From assembly GCA_001724265.1 (NCBI GenBank), contig MEDY01000240.1:1-64000 (forward strand): a DNA stretch of 64,000 nt. Reading direction: 5' to 3'. Positions within the stretch are counted from its first letter, which is position 1. Every line of letters begins with the position of its first letter. This stretch comes from Rhizaria sp. SCN 62-66. Its lineage: Eukaryota. A model generated the notes under the pieces. The model saw only the letters and a list, made by a program, of their open reading frames with translations, had not been told where the DNA came from and did not search any database. Shown one piece after another: positions 36,069 to 48,255 of the stretch. The position numbers were made by a program, and so were the translations under genes.

Positions 36069-36565
36069 CGTTCGTCGCACTAAAAACGGATAAATGCCGC
36101 GAGATCCCTTTGTTCAATTGAAACAAAAGTGACCACGATATAGCGGTTCTCCGAACAAGAATCCGAACTTCGAAAGGAGGCTCGATGTGAGCCAGAGCCA
36201 GAGAGCCACAGTCTGGCTTCCAGTCGGTCGGTCTGTCCCAGTCTCTGAGTTGGTCAGACTGGAGTCCTCAAAGTCAAGCCGCGCTTTCTCCTTTCGAGTC
36301 CCCGATTAAGAAGACGCTTATCTCGCCCTGTTGCTCCAGTTGCGTGATTTAATTAAGCAAAGGTGGTATATCGATCACCAACATATCTATTTTATCTCTT
36401 AAGCTTCCGCAACATCGACTGGAACCTATCGTTTTTCCGTGCCGACTGACCAAACCTCTCCTCCGAGCATTCACTCACATTTCTACTCTTACGCCCTCTG
36501 TCCTGCTTCACAAACCTGCCCATTTGTCCTGCTGACGCTGCTCCATTGTGCTCAGTGTGTTGCCG

Positions 36566-38128
36566 ATGAAGGTCATTCTCGCGTCGGTCCTTGCCGCCGT
36601 CGTGGCCGCCGCCAGCGCGGACCCTGTCGTCGTCGTGGCTGCCCAGGGCAACAGCAGCAATGCTTTCGCTCATGCTGGCATGGCTCCCGTCAAGCCCGGT
36701 GCCAAGCCCGCCGGCGGCCTTACCGCCGCGAAGATTGTCGGTATCCCCACGGCCAACGGCGTGCCTATCGCGCCCGCCAACATGCGCATGCACCCGGTGA
36801 TCCTCAACCCCGACGGCTCCTACCCCGTCGCGCCCGTCCCGGTCCCCAACCCCGCCGCCGTGGCCGCGATGGCCGCCGCCGCCGCTGCCGCCGCTGGCGC
36901 CGTCCCCATTATGGCCAAGCCCGTCGTGTTCACCTCCCCGCGCACTAACACGTTCAACAACGTGCCCGCGCCGGCGCCCGTGCCCGCCCCCTTCCCCTCC
37001 ATGGGCTTCCCTGTCCCTGGTGGCCTCCCCATCGGCTTCCCCCCCGGCGCCGGCGTCCCCGTGCCCATCGGCGTTCCCGCGCCACTGCCCGTGACCTCGC
37101 CCCTTGCGCACGCGCTCGCGCTGTCTGACACGACGGGCAGCGCCGTCATTGCGCAGCTGCACCGCATCGTCCAGCTCACCGCCGCCGCCAAGGCCCAGAA
37201 GGCGCCCGCGGCCAAGGTGCAGAAGCTCGTCTCCGTGTTCGAGCGCATCGTCGCCTCCGTGGAAAAGTACCCCGCCATGCGCGGCCCCGTCGAGGCTGCC
37301 AAGAAGGCCATGGCCGGCCTCACCGCCGCCGCCCCCGCCGCCCCCGCCACCCCTCAGCTCGGCGCTGACAAGGCCTCCCTGCCCCCCGCGCCCGTCGTCG
37401 GCGCCGACAAGTCGTCCCTGCCCCCCGCGCCCATCGTTGGCGCCGACAAGTCGTCCCTGCCCCCCGCGCCCATCGTTGGCGCCGACAAGTCGTCCCTGCC
37501 CCCGGCCCCCGCGGCCGGCGCTAGTCAGGCCGCTCTGCCTCCCGCGCCCGCGGTTGGCGCCGACAAGGCTGCCATCCCCCCCGCGACCGCGGCTGCCATC
37601 AAGGACCAGATCAAGAATGACCTGGCGACTCCCCTGCCCCCTGCGGCCGCCGCCGAGGTCAAGGCCGCCGCCAAGACCGAGGCCAAGGCTGAGGCCAAGG
37701 TTGAGGCCGCCAAGGCCGAGATCATCAAGGACCTCGCCAAGCCCGCCGCCGCTGCCGCTGCCCCCGCTGCCGCTGCCCCCGCTGTCGCTGCCGCTGCTCC
37801 CGCCGCTGGCGACAGCAGCGAGGTCGCCGCCCTGCGCAAGGAGATCTCTGAGCTCAAGGCCTCGCTGACCAAGCGCATCGATGCCACGGACGCGCGCGTC
37901 ACCGCCGTCTCCGCCACCGCCGACGCCAACGCGGCCGCCATCGCCAAGATCAACGGCAAGATCGCGGCCGCCGAGGCCCGCGTGGCCGCGCTGTCGGCCA
38001 AGGAGAAGAAGCTGGCGACTGCCGCGCAGACTGCGATCAAGAAGCTGTCGAGCAAGCTCTCGGCTCAGGGCAGCATCATCAAGAAGGCCGCCGTCAAGGG
38101 CGGCCGCATCCCCATCAGCAAGGCGTAA
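36566..38128 (+). CDS. secreted Pro/Ala/Lys-rich protein with 13-aa repeats and C-terminal coiled coil, ~520 aa
   Basis: Signal peptide MKVILASVLAAVVAAASA, very strong C-ending codon bias (suggests high expression) and a heptad-like C-terminus. Ends TAA. Confidence 0.85.
   Translation: MKVILASVLAAVVAAASADPVVVVAAQGNSSNAFAHAGMAPVKPGAKPAGGLTAAKIVGIPTANGVPIAPANMRMHPVILNPDGSYPVAPVPVPNPAAVAAMAAAAAAAAGAVPIMAKPVVFTSPRTNTFNNVPAPAPVPAPFPSMGFPVPGGLPIGFPPGAGVPVPIGVPAPLPVTSPLAHALALSDTTGSAVIAQLHRIVQLTAAAKAQKAPAAKVQKLVSVFERIVASVEKYPAMRGPVEAAKKAMAGLTAAAPAAPATPQLGADKASLPPAPVVGADKSSLPPAPIVGADKSSLPPAPIVGADKSSLPPAPAAGASQAALPPAPAVGADKAAIPPATAAAIKDQIKNDLATPLPPAAAAEVKAAAKTEAKAEAKVEAAKAEIIKDLAKPAAAAAAPAAAAPAVAAAAPAAGDSSEVAALRKEISELKASLTKRIDATDARVTAVSATADANAAAIAKINGKIAAAEARVAALSAKEKKLATAAQTAIKKLSSKLSAQGSIIKKAAVKGGRIPISKA
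37361..37594 (+). repeat. 6 x 39-nt coding tandem repeat (GADKSSLPPAPIV consensus)
   Basis: Units start at 37361, 37400, 37439, 37478, 37517 and 37556. The central units are near-identical and the outer ones have diverged. Confidence 0.9.
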
Positions 38129-38685
38129 GCAAGATGCTCACGCTTTGAGGATGGTGATGACTTGATGTCGACTGGCTGGAGGTGCGCTCTGGTGGGATGA
38201 GTGGGATTTATTCCGAGTGAATAGAATGACTAGAGTGTTGGTTAAGTGCGAGACTGACTGTTGTGGGGGTTTAAAGCCACGGAACAGTTATGTCTTGCTG
38301 TGATGGTAAACAAGATGTTGTGTTGTGAAGTTTCCAAATCATGTACTACGAATAGTGCAAAACAATACAGATCAAGTGTTAAAAGCAATACGTAGTCCAA
38401 CTCGTCGCATTATTGTCATGCCTCGCGTCGTTAGTTGTTATTGTTATTTGGAGAGTATGACGGTAAATATATGTATGTATTTTACACAAATGAAAACAAA
38501 AAGAAAAAATTACTATAAAGGAAATAGAGATTGAAAGTGGGTGAAAGAGATTGATGATGATTGACTCCTGTGAAATCGGTCACGGCATTCGGGAGACGCA
38601 GTGAGCGAGAGCCCTGCGTGAAGCTACCGACGTCCTGAACTCCGGAGCGTCGGCGCGCGGCACGCGTAGTCGCGGGTGCGCGCGC

Positions 38686-39661
38686 TTAGGCGGACTCGTA
38701 CTCGCCGGATGAGGTGGTGATGGTCTTGGAGCCGAAGCAGCCCTTGATCTTGCCGACCGTGAAGATGCAGCCGTCCTTGGTGAGGCCGGGGATAGCGAAC
38801 CAGAAGTCCTTGTGGGGGCAGGCATCGAGGCCGCGCTTCTCGTACTTCTTCATGCAGACGATGCAGCCGATGGCGACGTAGAGGAAGATGCAGACGAAGA
38901 GGATGATGAGGAAGATGGCGCCGCCGGAGAGGCCGTCGTCGCCGTCGCCGCCGAGGCAGGCAATCTTGGACTTCATCTCGACGGTGTAGTTGCACGTCTC
39001 GGGCTCGTCGACGAGGAAGGACTCGGAGTTGGAGCCGCAGGTGATGAGCAGAGTGGTCTTGTGGGGACGGACGATGAGGCCGCCGCAGCGGGGGGAGTTC
39101 TCCATGTAGATCTTGACACCTACAAGAGCATTTAACGAAATAGAAACAACGCGGGAGGGCAACAAGTTAGACATTAAATAAATCAGGCTTCATGGTATTT
39201 GTGAATAGAGTTGTAGGTTGAGAATGTGATATCTAGACGTAGAGAAACGTACCGCTGGCAGGCTTAGCGGGGTCAATGAGGGAGTAGACGGGGGCGGGCT
39301 CCTCGTGGAAGGAGCCGAGGGAGGTGACGAAGACGGGGGGAGTCTTGTCGTACTGGCAGATGGATCCGTCGGCGGAGCGGCAGTTGGACTCCTCAGCGAC
39401 AGCGCAGATGTTGGCCGTGTAGGAGTAAGTCGGGTTGTCGGTGTCGGTGCCCTTGAAGGTGGTGGTGGCGAGGGTGTTGAAGTCATACTCCTTGCCGCCG
39501 GTGGGCTTGAAGATGCAGCCGGAATCACCGAGGTCGGAGTTCGAGCGGGTCATCTGAGCGAGGAACTTGGTGCGGAACTCGGACAGGAACGACGGCGACG
39601 CGGTGGCGCACGCCGCAGCGAAAGCCACTAGGCAGACAACGACCATCTTGGAAAACTTCAT
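38686..39661 (-). CDS. mannose-6-phosphate-receptor/ATG27-like type I membrane protein, 2 exons, ~280 aa
   Basis: Signal peptide, MRH-like domain (YDFNTL, YTANIC, LLITC, EPETCNYTVEMKSKIAC), TM segment GLSGGAIFLIILFV, PHKDFW..IPGL.KDGC and a YESA tail. Exons 39661-39253 and 39119-38686; intron GTACGT..TAG, 133 nt. Ends TAA. Confidence 0.88.
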
Positions 39662-40321
39662 TCTCCTTGAAAGCTGCGCGCGCGAGTACAGTGGGGATCG
39701 GGAGAGATTCGTCGATAAAAAAGCAGTTCATAGTGAGATGTTGAGAAAATGAGAAGAGACAGAACATAATGACAACAGGGCGGGGCAGGGCAGACGTAAA
39801 ATGAAAGCCCACAATGCGGCTACGTCGATTGGGCACGGCTCGCAGTAGACATGCGATACCTGCGTACACCCAACTTCAGCAGCACTGTAAAAGAATGAGC
39901 AGAACTTTCACGACTCATACGTGTTAATTCAAATTTCTCTACCTCGCTCAAGCACACATACAACGAAATCAAACCAAAAACAGAACGCTCGGCGATGGCC
40001 ACCCAGTTCGACGACGAGCGAGCAAGTGATGACTGTGAGCAGCCTTTTTTCGGTCCGACCCCGTTAGTTTAGCCGCCCAAATCGAAAATTCCCTCAAATA
40101 ACTTGAAAACAAATCAATACAAACATGTGTCGACATATGAAGCAAAATTTATTAGTATCTATCTGTATCTATATCTATATTATCTATCTAAACGACTATA
40201 TCAGCAATGTAACCATGCGAAACACGACTCCAAAGTGTTGGCGCATGACGTGTTCGAAGTACTCATGAAACTCATAACGACGTGTTTGGAGCAGCGGGCG
40301 ACCACGAAAATTGAGCGGCAA

Positions 40322-43300
40322 TTACCCAACAATAGCCTTGTGCGCGCGCAGACACTTTGTGGAGCAGTACTTGTACGTGAGCCGCTCGAAGGGCACAGTC
40401 ACGAGCGCCTCTTGGCAATGAGCGCACCGCTCAACCTTGCCGGCCATCGCCGGGTTGCTCATCGCCAATCGCCGCCGCATGGCCTCCGCGCGCAGCTCGC
40501 GCTCGCCCATCGCGCCCACCTTGGCCTTGTGCGCCTCCGCCGCGGTCCGGACCGCGGCGTCGTCGGCGTCCTGCTTCTTCTTAAGCGCTGCCTGCACGGC
40601 CCGGTCCACCGCAGCCGCCTCCGCGGCCCTGACCTCGGCGGCGGCGCGGCTCTCGGCCTTCTTCCGACTCGCGCGCGCCTTGGCCTCATGGTCGCGCTTG
40701 GCCGCCTCGGCCGCCGCGGCTTCGGCCTCGGCCTGGCGCTTCAGCTTGGCCTCGTCAAGCGGCTCGACCAAGGCGTCGCGGCGCCAGTCAAGCGCTGCGA
40801 AGCGCGCGCCGGGGCCCGCGGCGGCGGCGCCCGTGAGTTCGCTCTCGGGCTCGGCGCTCTCAGGGGCGCGCTCGTCGTCACTGCCGTCGTCATCACCCTC
40901 GTTGTTGTTGTCGTCGTCAGGATTCTCGTCATCGTCGTCATCGTCGCTGACAGCGCGAGACGTCTTCTTCCCGCTCTTGCCACCCTTGCTTTGCTGCCTG
41001 TTGAGCTCCCTGCGCCTTTGTGCGCGCGCCCACTCGCTGAGCCGCCCGGCCCAGAGCCGCGCGCCCATGCCGCCCTGGCCAGCCCCCGCGCCGGCGCCGC
41101 GGCCCAGCCCCGCGGCCGGCCGGCCATGACTGTCCCGCACCGCGGGATCCGCGCCCGCCGCGAGGAGCGCCACGGTCACGGCCGCGGGGGCCTCGGCCGC
41201 GAAAGCCAGGTGCAGCGGCGTGCGCTGCGAGAGTGACGCAACGGCGCCGCTGAGCGGCTCCGCGAACAGTGTCGGGTGGGTCAGTAGGCGCAGCACTTGC
41301 CACAAGGACGGGTCCGCGGTGTCTTCGGCCAGCGCGGGCACGGCGGGGGGGAGGGGGCGGCTTAGCTTCGATAGGTCGGCAGAGTCCGGGGCGGTCGCAA
41401 CTACAACGCGCTTGGTGTTTGTGTCATTCGTGCTCTTGTTGCGTCTAGTGCTACTCTTAGCCCTAGCCTTGATCTTTGTGTCTTTATCATCGTCATCGTC
41501 GTCTTCGTCGCTGGGCAGCTGCCACGCGCTAGAGAGCTTCTTGTTCTTGCGGTTGTCGTTGTTGTACGCAAACAGACCAGGAGCGCTGCCCTTTGTGTTG
41601 GCGAGAGTGTTGCTAGAGCTATCGTCGTCTTCGTCCTCGTCCTCGTCCTCGTCTTTGTCGTCGACGCTCTCACCCTCGGAGTTGTTGTTGCTGCTCACGG
41701 TCGCCTCGAACAGCAAGTCAAGCCGCGCGCAGAGAAAGTCTAGCGCGGGATCCAGGCAGTCGTAGCCGGGGCCGCCGCTGGCGCTCAGCGTGCCGCTGCT
41801 GAGGACGCGGGCGGTAAGCCCAGGTGCGGACACGAGCGACTGCGTCACGGGCGACAGAGGCGACAGCAGGGCGCTCTCGGCCGCGGGCGTGCTTGTGACG
41901 GCGCTCGTCGCGGCGGCCGCGGTCTTGGTGGCGCTCCCACTCGCGGTGCTATCGCCGGTATTGCAAGAGTCACTGACAGGGGTGAACGCGGTGGCAGCAC
42001 CGGCCTGCAACGTGTCGGAGGCAACTGCGATCGCTGCCAAGAGCGGCCGGCGACGGTACGCCAACGGCAAGTCCGCCACAGTCTTGATCGTGAGGTCAGC
42101 CTCCGTATCAACATCGGTGGTCTCGGCAATGCTCGCCTTGTAGTCAGACTCGAGTTTGTTGAGCAACGACTCTGCATGCAACAGCGTCGTCTCGTAAGAG
42201 TTCAACGTCAAGCCGCTGACAGCCTTCGTCAAGTCCGGGACGGCCAGCACAGCTCCCGTGTTCTGCGACACCGCAGCCGCGGCAGCCGTGGCAGCAGCAG
42301 CAGCAGTCGCCGCGGCGGCTGCGGCCGGTGCGCGTTTGGTCAGCAGCGCCATCGCGCGATCGCCCTCCCGCTCGGCCTTGTACTTGATGTAAGCCGCCGC
42401 GAGCAGCCGCAGCACCTCGGTACGTCGCAAGTACGGCGCGGGCACGACGAGCGCGCGCAGCAGCAGCGGGCGTAAGCGGCACGGGTAGAACGCCTTGGTC
42501 GCGGCCTCAGCGGCGGCCTCCTTGGCCTCGGTGGCCGCGGCGCGGCGGTCGCGGCGGCGGCGGCGCTCGGCCTGCTCTTCCTCGTCGGCGTCCTCGTCGC
42601 TGGCACTGTCGCTGCCACTGTCGTCATCGTCGTCGCCGCCGCCGTACAACGCGTCGGCCCCATCAGCTTCGTCGTCGTCGCCGTCGTCGTCGTCCTCAGC
42701 GGTGAGCGTGACGCGCGACAGCGCGGCGTGCACGCGGTTCACCTCGGTCGTCGTCGGCGCCGCCACGGGGATCGGAATGCTCCGCAGGCGCTGGTCTTTG
42801 GGGTGCAGCAAGTACAGGTACGACGGAACGGCGTTAAGCGCGGTACGGCGCCGCGCGAGCTCGGCTTCGTCGCGCTCGTCGTCGCTGTCTGCGTCATCGT
42901 CGTCGTCGTCATCGTCGTCGTCATTGTTCTTGCCCTTGCCCTTGCCCTTAAGCTTGCTCCTCTCGGCCGCGGCGGCCGCGGCGGCGGTGGCGGCGTCGAG
43001 CGGGCCCGTCTGCGGATGCAGCGGCGCCAGCGCGGACGGCACAAGCACGCCGTTCACGCCCGTTAGCGCGGCGTAAGTCGCGGCGGCGGCGGCCGTCAGC
43101 GCCGTGCTTGCGGCGGCCGCGGCGGCGCGGCTCACGGTCACCGCAGGCAGGCCGCCGTCCGCGACGGGCACCGACAGCGGCTTGAAGGGCGTGACCGTGC
43201 CCGCTGTCACGGCGTTGGCGACGCGCTTGCCAGCGCCTGTCGCGTGCGCGGCCTTGAGCGACGCCACTGTGTGCGCGCCAATCACGGCGGTGGTGACCGC

Positions 43301-45687
43301 GAGCGCGGCGGCCGCGGACGTGGTGGAGCCGAGCGCGGGCAGGTAGCCGCCCGTCGCGGCCCACGCCGCGGCCTCGCTCGTGGTCATCACGACATTCTTG
43401 ATGTTATACGAGGGCGCGAAGACGTAGATGGCGTCGCAGGCGGCGATGGGAGCGCGCCAGTCGAGCAGCAGCTGGCACGTCTTCTCGCGGAAGCGCTCGA
43501 ACTGCTGGCGACGGATCATCGCGCCGACGCTGCGGGCGCGGCCCGACTTGTTGTCGTGCGCGGCCTGCGAGCCGCCCTGCTTGCGCCTCGTCGTGTACTG
43601 CTGAAACGAGCGGTGGTGCGTGCAATGGGCGCCCGTGAAGAGCGCGGCCGAGAGGCGCCCACCCATCGCCAGCAGGATGAACCACCGGCGCGGACGCTAT
43701 AAGTAAGTAAAACAAACAACAAAGATGGAATCAAGTTAGTGTTATAACTCTGGTTCGTAGGAATGTTACACTATGATTAAGTAATATTAACATTTGATCC
43801 CGTGATTTACTGAAAGACATCTTGGTTTTGGTAAGATAGAACAGAGACGTACGACCGGGAGCAGGGGGTACTGCAGCAGCGCGGGGACGGCGGCGTGGCC
43901 GAGCGCGCCCGCAGTCGCGGTAGCCGCGATGGCGGGGGCCGCCATGGGGGCGCGCGCAGGCGCGGTGAGCTGCGCAAGCGAGACGAGCAGCGCCGCCACG
44001 TCGGCCCACGCGCAGTCGGGCTGCAGCGACTGGAGCGCAAACGCGCGCTCTTTGCTGCCATCGCCCGCCTGTGGCTGCTGCGACAGGGCGCGTGCAAGCG
44101 CGGCGGCGGCGGCGTCGGCGGCGGACTGCAGGGGGAGCCGGCCGCGCCAGTCCGCGGCGGCGACACGGACGACCGTGAGCGCAACGGGCAGGCACTCGGC
44201 ATCATCGGCCAGGCGCATGCGGCCCGCGGTCACGCCAGCGGTCGCTGCAGATGCGGTCGCCGCAGGTGTGCTGGCAGAGCTAGAGCTGGAGCTAGAGCTT
44301 GAGCTGGAGTCGGTGAGAGTGGAGAGCGCGGAGTAGGAGTAAGGGAAGGGAAACAAGGGCGCTGCAGTGGAGTTGTGGGCAGCGACGCGCACACGCAACG
44401 ATACAGCCTGGGAAGATCGAATGGTTTAGAAAGACACAATGCCAAGAATGAAAAGTGAGTTCGTGCGCACAAAGAGAAATATAGACAAGAAACCCTCATG
44501 AAACATCAAAAGTTATTGCTTCAACGCATTCAACGGTGTCTTACCTGGTCGCGTGAAAGTGCAGCGGCACGACGTTGCTCCTTTTTGCTCTGCTTCTTCT
44601 TGTTCTTGCTCTTCCGCCTGGACGCACGACCGGAGCCGTCGTCGTCCTCGTCGTCGTCGTCGTTGCCGTTCTCATCGTCGTCATCAAAGTCGTCGTCATC
44701 ATCATTGTCATCGTTGTCATTGCTGCGCGATTGAAACATAAACGCCTTGCTTTCGTCGTCAACGTCAGCATCTGCACTCACAATGCTTAGCTGTTGCAGC
44801 TGTGCCTGTTGGCGAGTGCGACTGTCGCTTCGGCTACGACTGCGGCTACGGCTACTCTCCCTTACCGCAGCTCCCGCAGAGTCTGCTGCCGCAGAGTCTG
44901 CTTCCGCGCTCGCATCGTCGTCGACGGGGTTGAACGGCTGTGTAGCGTCAACGCCCGCGTCGTAGGCGTCGCAGTCGACGGGCAGCCCCGCCGTCTCGCG
45001 CTCGACCGCCCATGCCGCGAAGCCGGGCTCCGCCGCGGCGCGCGCGGCGGCGGGCGCGCTCAGCGGGGGCTGCCGCGCGGCGTGGCGCTTGACGTTGAGC
45101 GCGTGGCCCGGGGACTTGATGTGCGCGCGAAACGCCAGCGCGGTGGGGAAGCCCACTGCACATTTGGAGCAATCGAACGCCCCGGTCGCCAGCGCCGCGC
45201 TCGCGCTCGCCGTCGGGGCAGAAGCTGCGGGCGTGGGAGCCGTCGTGCTTGCGGTCGCCGGGCCAGCAGCAGTGGAGTTTGGGTTGCGCGGGGTGTTACG
45301 GGCGAGCAGAACCGAGTTGGCGTGGGGGGATACAGACGCAGTCGCAGCGGCAGGGGCGGGGGCGGGGACGAGGGCGCTCTTACCAGCGCTCGCAGCGAAG
45401 CCTTGCCCCGCAAAAGTGGCGTCAGCGGCAGAGGGGGCGGCCCCCAAGGTGGTGTTGCTTGCGGTGCAAAAGGGCGCGAGAACGGCACGCACGACGGGGG
45501 CCGTGACTGTTAGCGAGGTGGCGCCCAGGCGGATGGACAGGTCGTTGGTGCCGTCCAACATCGCCGTCAGCGCGGTCACAAACCAGGCGTCGTGAATAGA
45601 GTCCGCGGGCGCCGCAAAGCCGCGGGAAAGCCCTGGGGTCGGAGCCGGGGGCGGTTTTGATGCCGTGGGGGAGCGCTTGGGTGGCAT
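40322..45687 (-). CDS. ANKZF1: ANKZF1/Vms1 (VLRF1 tRNA endonuclease, ribosome quality control), 3 exons, ~1690 aa
   Basis: C2H2 finger CSKC...RAHIKSPGHALNVKR, VLRF1 WFILLAMGG...HRSFQQYTTRRKQGGSQ, ankyrin TPLHLA..LLAAGADP and C-terminal CAHC...YKYCSTKC. Exons 45687-44545, 44407-43853 and 43696-40322. Ends TAA. Confidence 0.92.
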
Positions 45688-46032
45688 GGAGCGCTGCGGA
45701 GTAAGGCGGAAAGTGAATTGTGGTGAGATCGAGTTGAGATGCGGACAGCGACGTATATGTGCACGTGACAGCGCAAGAAACAAAATGCATAGTTACATGT
45801 ACTCGTTTTCAGATGTATAAGTTGCGCACGTAGCCATTGACGGAATGTTGACGGAGAGTATCGTGTTTGCGAAATCGTGGTCAGAGGGAGGGTGGCAGAG
45901 AGAGCGGCAGGCTCGCTCACGGTCACCTGACTGGCCGACTGTGTGGCTGGCGGGGAACCACCCTTAGGCGCAGAGAGATGTCGCGTGATTGGGAGAGGAA
46001 ATTTGTTCCCCGTCTGTTGGATCACATTTAAT

Positions 46033-46789
46033 ATGGTACGTAGTATAGTCTCTCGAGACTCTGTTCTATTTGACTATTTCATTGACACTCGTAATCAACA
46101 CCGGAAATAGCCGCAGGACCTCCGCGCATTGTGCCCTCTCGCTTAACTCCATTGGCCTGACGGCTCCACCCGCGGACCTCTCTGCATTCAGGATACAGGC
46201 GATATTTTGATACGATGCACCGTGCTTGTAGCAGGTCGTTTTATGGATAACCCAGTGACTGAGTTTCAGTGCCGGAGCCCACCACATCGACCTTCAAATT
46301 GACTCTTTTTTGGATCCACCCATCTCATCATGCTATTCGTTCTCACCCTCCCGTTGCTCTCTCTCCTTTTCTCCGTTGATCTAACTGCTCCATCGCTCTC
46401 GTCTTGTATGTGCACCCCGCTTGCTTGCACGTGTTTAGCCCAGCAATAAGAGTCTCGCTGTCAAGAAGCTTCTTGGCAAGAAGGACAAGCAGAACCGCCC
46501 CGTACGTTAAGCTCCTCAAACCACTCACACAACCTTGCTCTCCCGAATCTGGCTAACTGTGCTATAGCTCTTATGCACCAATCTCACCACTTTTCTTCCT
46601 CTTCTCCTGCTCTCCTTCGTGCCCCTTTGCCTCCATCTTGGCCTTGCTGTCTGGTATGGCTGCTCTTCTCCCTTGGACTGATGCTTTCCCCCACCACAGC
46701 TTCCCCAGTGGATCCGCCTCCGCACCGGCAACACCGTCCGCTACAACTCCAAGCGCCGCCACTGGCGCCGCACCAAGCTCGGCATCTAA
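46033..46789 (+). CDS. RPL39: 60S ribosomal protein L39 (eL39), 3 coding exons, 51 aa; missed by the ORF track
   Basis: ATG (46033-46035) | GTACGT..TAG | 46439-46501 [21 protein letters not shown] | GTACGT..CAG | 46700-46789 [32 protein letters not shown]. This gives the canonical 51-aa length. Confidence 0.95.
46110..46290 (+). ncRNA. candidate intronic structured RNA (possible H/ACA snoRNA)
   Basis: Lies within the longest intron of the window. Stems GCAG/CTGC, TCCGCG/CGCGGA and ACTGA/TCAGT, and ACA at 46284-46286. No clean H box seen. Confidence 0.2.
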
Positions 46790-47367
46790 CTTAATTGTCA
46801 TCGTCGCCGTCGTTCACTGCAACGGCGTCAACCTCAATGTCATTGAAACACTTGATACCACTGTCGGGGGTGGACTTTATGTGCCTGTATTCACCTAACA
46901 ATACAAACTAAATTCAAAACAAGTACAGCTAAGTTTTATCATACTTCTCCAAACACTACCGAGCATATGCAATCTTTCTCCGCGTCCCAGCGAAACGCGT
47001 ATTCTGACTAGTACTTAGTACATGTTGCAGCATGCATTCAGCAAAAACCCTCCTGAAACCAGAAATGTTTTCAATTCCATCTGATATGTGCGTGCGCAAC
47101 GCGTTTGCCGCATCTACAATTGTCTGTTGTGAACTATAGTTGGTGTTAATTCCATTTTTTCTTCATGTCTGACTGTACTACCGATTCTAAGCGGTCCTAT
47201 CTCTATTTTCCCTGTCTAAATGTGCTCCCCTTTCCTGCGCTCACGCCCTCAAATAACATCTTCACTGTTATCGTCCAATATGTATATTGTTGTCAATGTT
47301 GGACATGTGCAATATGTATAAATAACTCATTTCTTGTTAATTTATATTTGTATTCTATAGAGCCAGG

Positions 47368-48114
47368 ATGGAGGAAGAAAGTCTCCGTATTCGCACTGCA
47401 GCTGCCCCTGTGCTATCGCTCGCAGAGCCAAACGTCACCCATTTGCAAGCGCTCAAATACGCTATCTCAACATGTTCTGCCATACATGAGTGTGTCCCGC
47501 TGCTATGCGATGCAGGAGTTATTGGTGCGCTCTTGCGCCAGCTTGGTGCAGTCAGCGATGACGACGGCGAGGCAAGACAGCGACTTGATATTCTCATCGA
47601 ACTTTTTGCACTTGTCACTGGCCTTTAGCTCGACTCAGACTTTGCCAAATCACGGTTCATTCCATGTGGAAGCAACGCACTCGCCAATCATAACGCATCG
47701 GAGCTGTTTGCCTTACTAGCCCTCCGCTTCAGTTCCAACGAACGCGTGCTCCTTCTCCTGTTGGGCCTCGCGCGCGCTGTCGCGATGTCGCCAGCACTGG
47801 CGCCCAGAGCCAGACGCAACACGCTTAGCCATGTGCTCGCCCTCATGCAACAGAACAACTACAAGGAGCAGCAGCAACTGCTGCAGCCGGGGCAGCAAGG
47901 GCCAGCTGGGGAAGCTGACGCTGAGGGCGCGACCTGTTGCTTTCGCCTTCAAGAAATGCTTTGCGGGACAGTAACTCAACTCTGCTTCCACGGCGACCCG
48001 CCCGCACCCTCCTCGTTATGTTTTGAGGAACACTGCAGTGCGAGCAAGTGCTCCTTAGGCTACAAAGGATGCTGGTCAAGTATCGATAACCCGTCTTTTT
48101 CGAACTCAAATTGA
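47368..48114 (+). CDS. ARM/HEAT-like helical protein, ~248 aa, with in-frame TAG at 47626-47628
   Basis: Track ORFs 47368-47628 and 47746-48114 are in the same frame and separated only by one TAG. LLCDAGVIGALLRQL is ARM-like. Ends TGA. Confidence 0.55.
47626..47628 (+). other. in-frame TAG (putative sense codon)
   Basis: ...GTC ACT GGC CTT TAG CTC GAC TCA GAC TTT...; the frame continues to TGA at 48114. Confidence 0.55.
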
Positions 48115-48255
48115 AACTTAACTATATTTTAGCATCATGTTGTGATCTTGTGGAAGGCTTAAGACTTTGTATCGTGTTCATATTATTACTAGATAGTTTT
48201 TAGATTATTGTAAAGTGGCTCACACCATTCAGAATAAAGACCGGTTGAGTTTTCA

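Noticed and set aside
37361-37594. Tandem repeat as a CRISPR-like array
   Set aside because: The units are contiguous 39-nt in-frame coding repeats without unique spacers, in a eukaryotic gene.
43400-43700. ANKZF1/Vms1 eRF1-like domain as the cause of UAG reassignment
   Set aside because: VLRF1 proteins act on stalled 60S subunits in quality control and lack the stop-codon-recognition domain. Proximity to the TAG-containing genes is likely coincidental.
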